Assembly (NCBI RefSeq): GCF_001194135.2
Contig: NC_068990.1
Coordinates: 15,157,209 to 15,221,208, forward strand
DNA: 64,000 bases
Direction of reading: 5' to 3'
DNA from: Octopus bimaculoides
Lineage: Eukaryota
The notes under the pieces were generated by a model. That model did no database searches. It was not told the origin of the DNA and worked only from the letters and a program-made list of their open reading frames with translations. Below, piece by piece: positions 62,301 through 64,000 of this stretch. The first letter of the stretch is position 1, and each line of letters starts with the position of its first letter. The position numbers and the translations under genes were made by a program.

Positions 62301-62720
62301 TTTCACCAGCGGATTCAGTTGAGATGAAAACGAAATTCCGTCCCCTTGTCGTCGAAAAGGAGGAACTACCAGAGGACGCTGCTGCTGTTTGTCGTCGTCA
62401 CCGCTGGACTAGCTTTCATTTATTTATATTTACATATTTATTTACTTCTTTATTCATTCATTTGTTTATTTCTTCTTTTTTTTTTACCAAAACAGAATGG
62501 TACGATCAAAATGTTGGACGTGAAACCGTGTGTTTTTTGTTTAGAAATTATTTATTGTAACAACATGAAATATATTGATAATAATAATAATTTATTCAGC
62601 TATTAATCACATTAATCATAAAAAAGATATTAAAATGTATTTAACAGTGTTGGTGACGAATTAACAAGAACCGTTTGGTCGTCGAACAGAATGCTTCGTG
62701 GTATGTTTTAAAAGCATGGC
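62290..62720 (-). promoter_or_regulatory. CpG-retaining 5' UTR/promoter region of the RNF126-like gene, YY1-type motif overlapping the ATG
   Basis: Many CG dinucleotides (gtcgtcg, cgacg, ccgc) in an otherwise CpG-poor window; CCGCCATTTT at 62294-62303 matches the YY1 core. TSS not visible. Confidence 0.6.
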
Positions 62721-63929
62721 CTCACTCTCTAGAAGAAACCAGCAAAAATAATTCTATTATTGCTAATATGTGTAACTGGATGTCATCTATTTATTTTAAA
62801 CATATTTAAAATTACATGTGTGTGTATTACATATAAAAAAAAAAGAGAGAATACCCAACAAATATTGCAAAAAATGTCTCCATATATCTATAAACATGTT
62901 TTAATGAATTTAATTAAGGATAATCAATAAAGAAATAAATCATAAAATAAATGGTATTTTTGAGGGATTAATTACATTATAGCAGTTGTCTCCCTTATAG
63001 GATGAGGAGCTATTTTGTTGGTGAACTTATAATTAATGTAACTATAACTTAACATAATACTATAAAATATTTATAGCAGTTTTAGCCCTAACTATTTGAA
63101 CAATTATTCTAATAGCAATTAAATTTCGACTATTTTCCCTCTTCTTCTGAGCTTGAAGAACTACAACTGCATTTTCCTATCTAATCATTTGATGAAAATA
63201 TCTGTTAGTAATACAATGTTGATTGAAACCTATAATTTTTATCTTTTTCATTTTTCTAAAATAATTGTAATTAGTTTAAATTCTTTCAAATAAAACAATG
63301 TTTGTAACAACTTTACGAATTATCTCCCTTAGATTTGCTTTATAAGTTTCACTGAGACAAACAGAATCTTGTATGGATTCTAATTATTTCAAGGTTACAC
63401 ATATTAATATCGACTCCAGTGTATCATGGGTAATTATTTCCTCGAATTAAATGGCAAAATCAAGTTTCGTGAGATCGGAACTCGTTGTGGGAAGGGATTT
63501 AATAAGATTAGAAAATTTTTTTCAGCTAAATAAATTACCTTTGGCATCTTGTTTACATTCTGAGTTCAGTTCACCTTTCAACTTTCTACGATTGGTAATG
63601 ATAGTCATTTTTACACCAATTTTTCGAGTTCTAGGACTTACAGACCCATTTATCTGGTTTTCATGGTGTATAAGTGACCAAGATCACAGCATTCCCTCTA
63701 AATGAAATGCCAGTATGTTGCAGCTGAGTGGACTGGAGCAACATAAAATGAAGTGTTTTACACAGCATCCAGTCCAGAAATTGAAAGCACAACATAACCT
63801 AGCAACTGTTGCAGGCACTTCCAAGAAACAGTTGTCCCTACATATCAGTAGACAGTGCTAAGATGATGTTTGCACTGTATTAAGAGATGTTTACATGAAG
63901 AGAAGTATATTCTCAAAGGCTATGATGCT

Positions 63930-63956
63930 AGGTGTTTCCATTATTTTGTTCAACCC

Positions 63957-63961
<5 letters not shown>
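63930..63961. mobile_element. Tc1-like terminal inverted repeat end
   Basis: ggtgtttccattattttgttcaacccctg followed by (TA)n; reverse complement caggggttgaacaaaataatggaaacacc is Tc1-type; partner TIR not identified. Confidence 0.5.

Positions 63962-64000
<39 letters not shown>

Overview
This is AT-rich, repeat-dense animal genomic DNA with six N-gaps. The SINE families resemble those of coleoid cephalopods (octopus-like; inference from recall, no search run). One host gene could be reconstructed by hand on the minus strand: a 9-exon RNF126/RNF115-family E3 ubiquitin ligase (CDS 62300 down to 15085; 768 nt = 255 aa + stop; N-terminal C2/C2 zinc finger, DYAWG motif, C-terminal RING-H2). All eight introns are GT-AG with matching phases. 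The supplied ORF track misses the gene as a unit because the exons are only 50-143 nt. The rest is mostly mobile DNA: several tRNA-head SINE families, RTE and CR1-like LINE fragments, an ORF1-only L1/Tx1-like element, a Penelope-like fossil inside ~370-bp inverted repeats, a piggyBac transposase fossil plus TTAA MITEs, Helitron/DINE-like elements and mariner remnants. Points worth follow-up are a degenerate copy of the terminal RING exon in intron 7, three frame-breaking cassette-exon candidates, an in-frame alternative donor, the ORF1-only retroelement in sense orientation in intron 5, and an unidentified decayed ORF just downstream of the gene. No CRISPR array, rRNA or true tRNA gene was found, and I cannot demonstrate a wholly new biological system from sequence alone.
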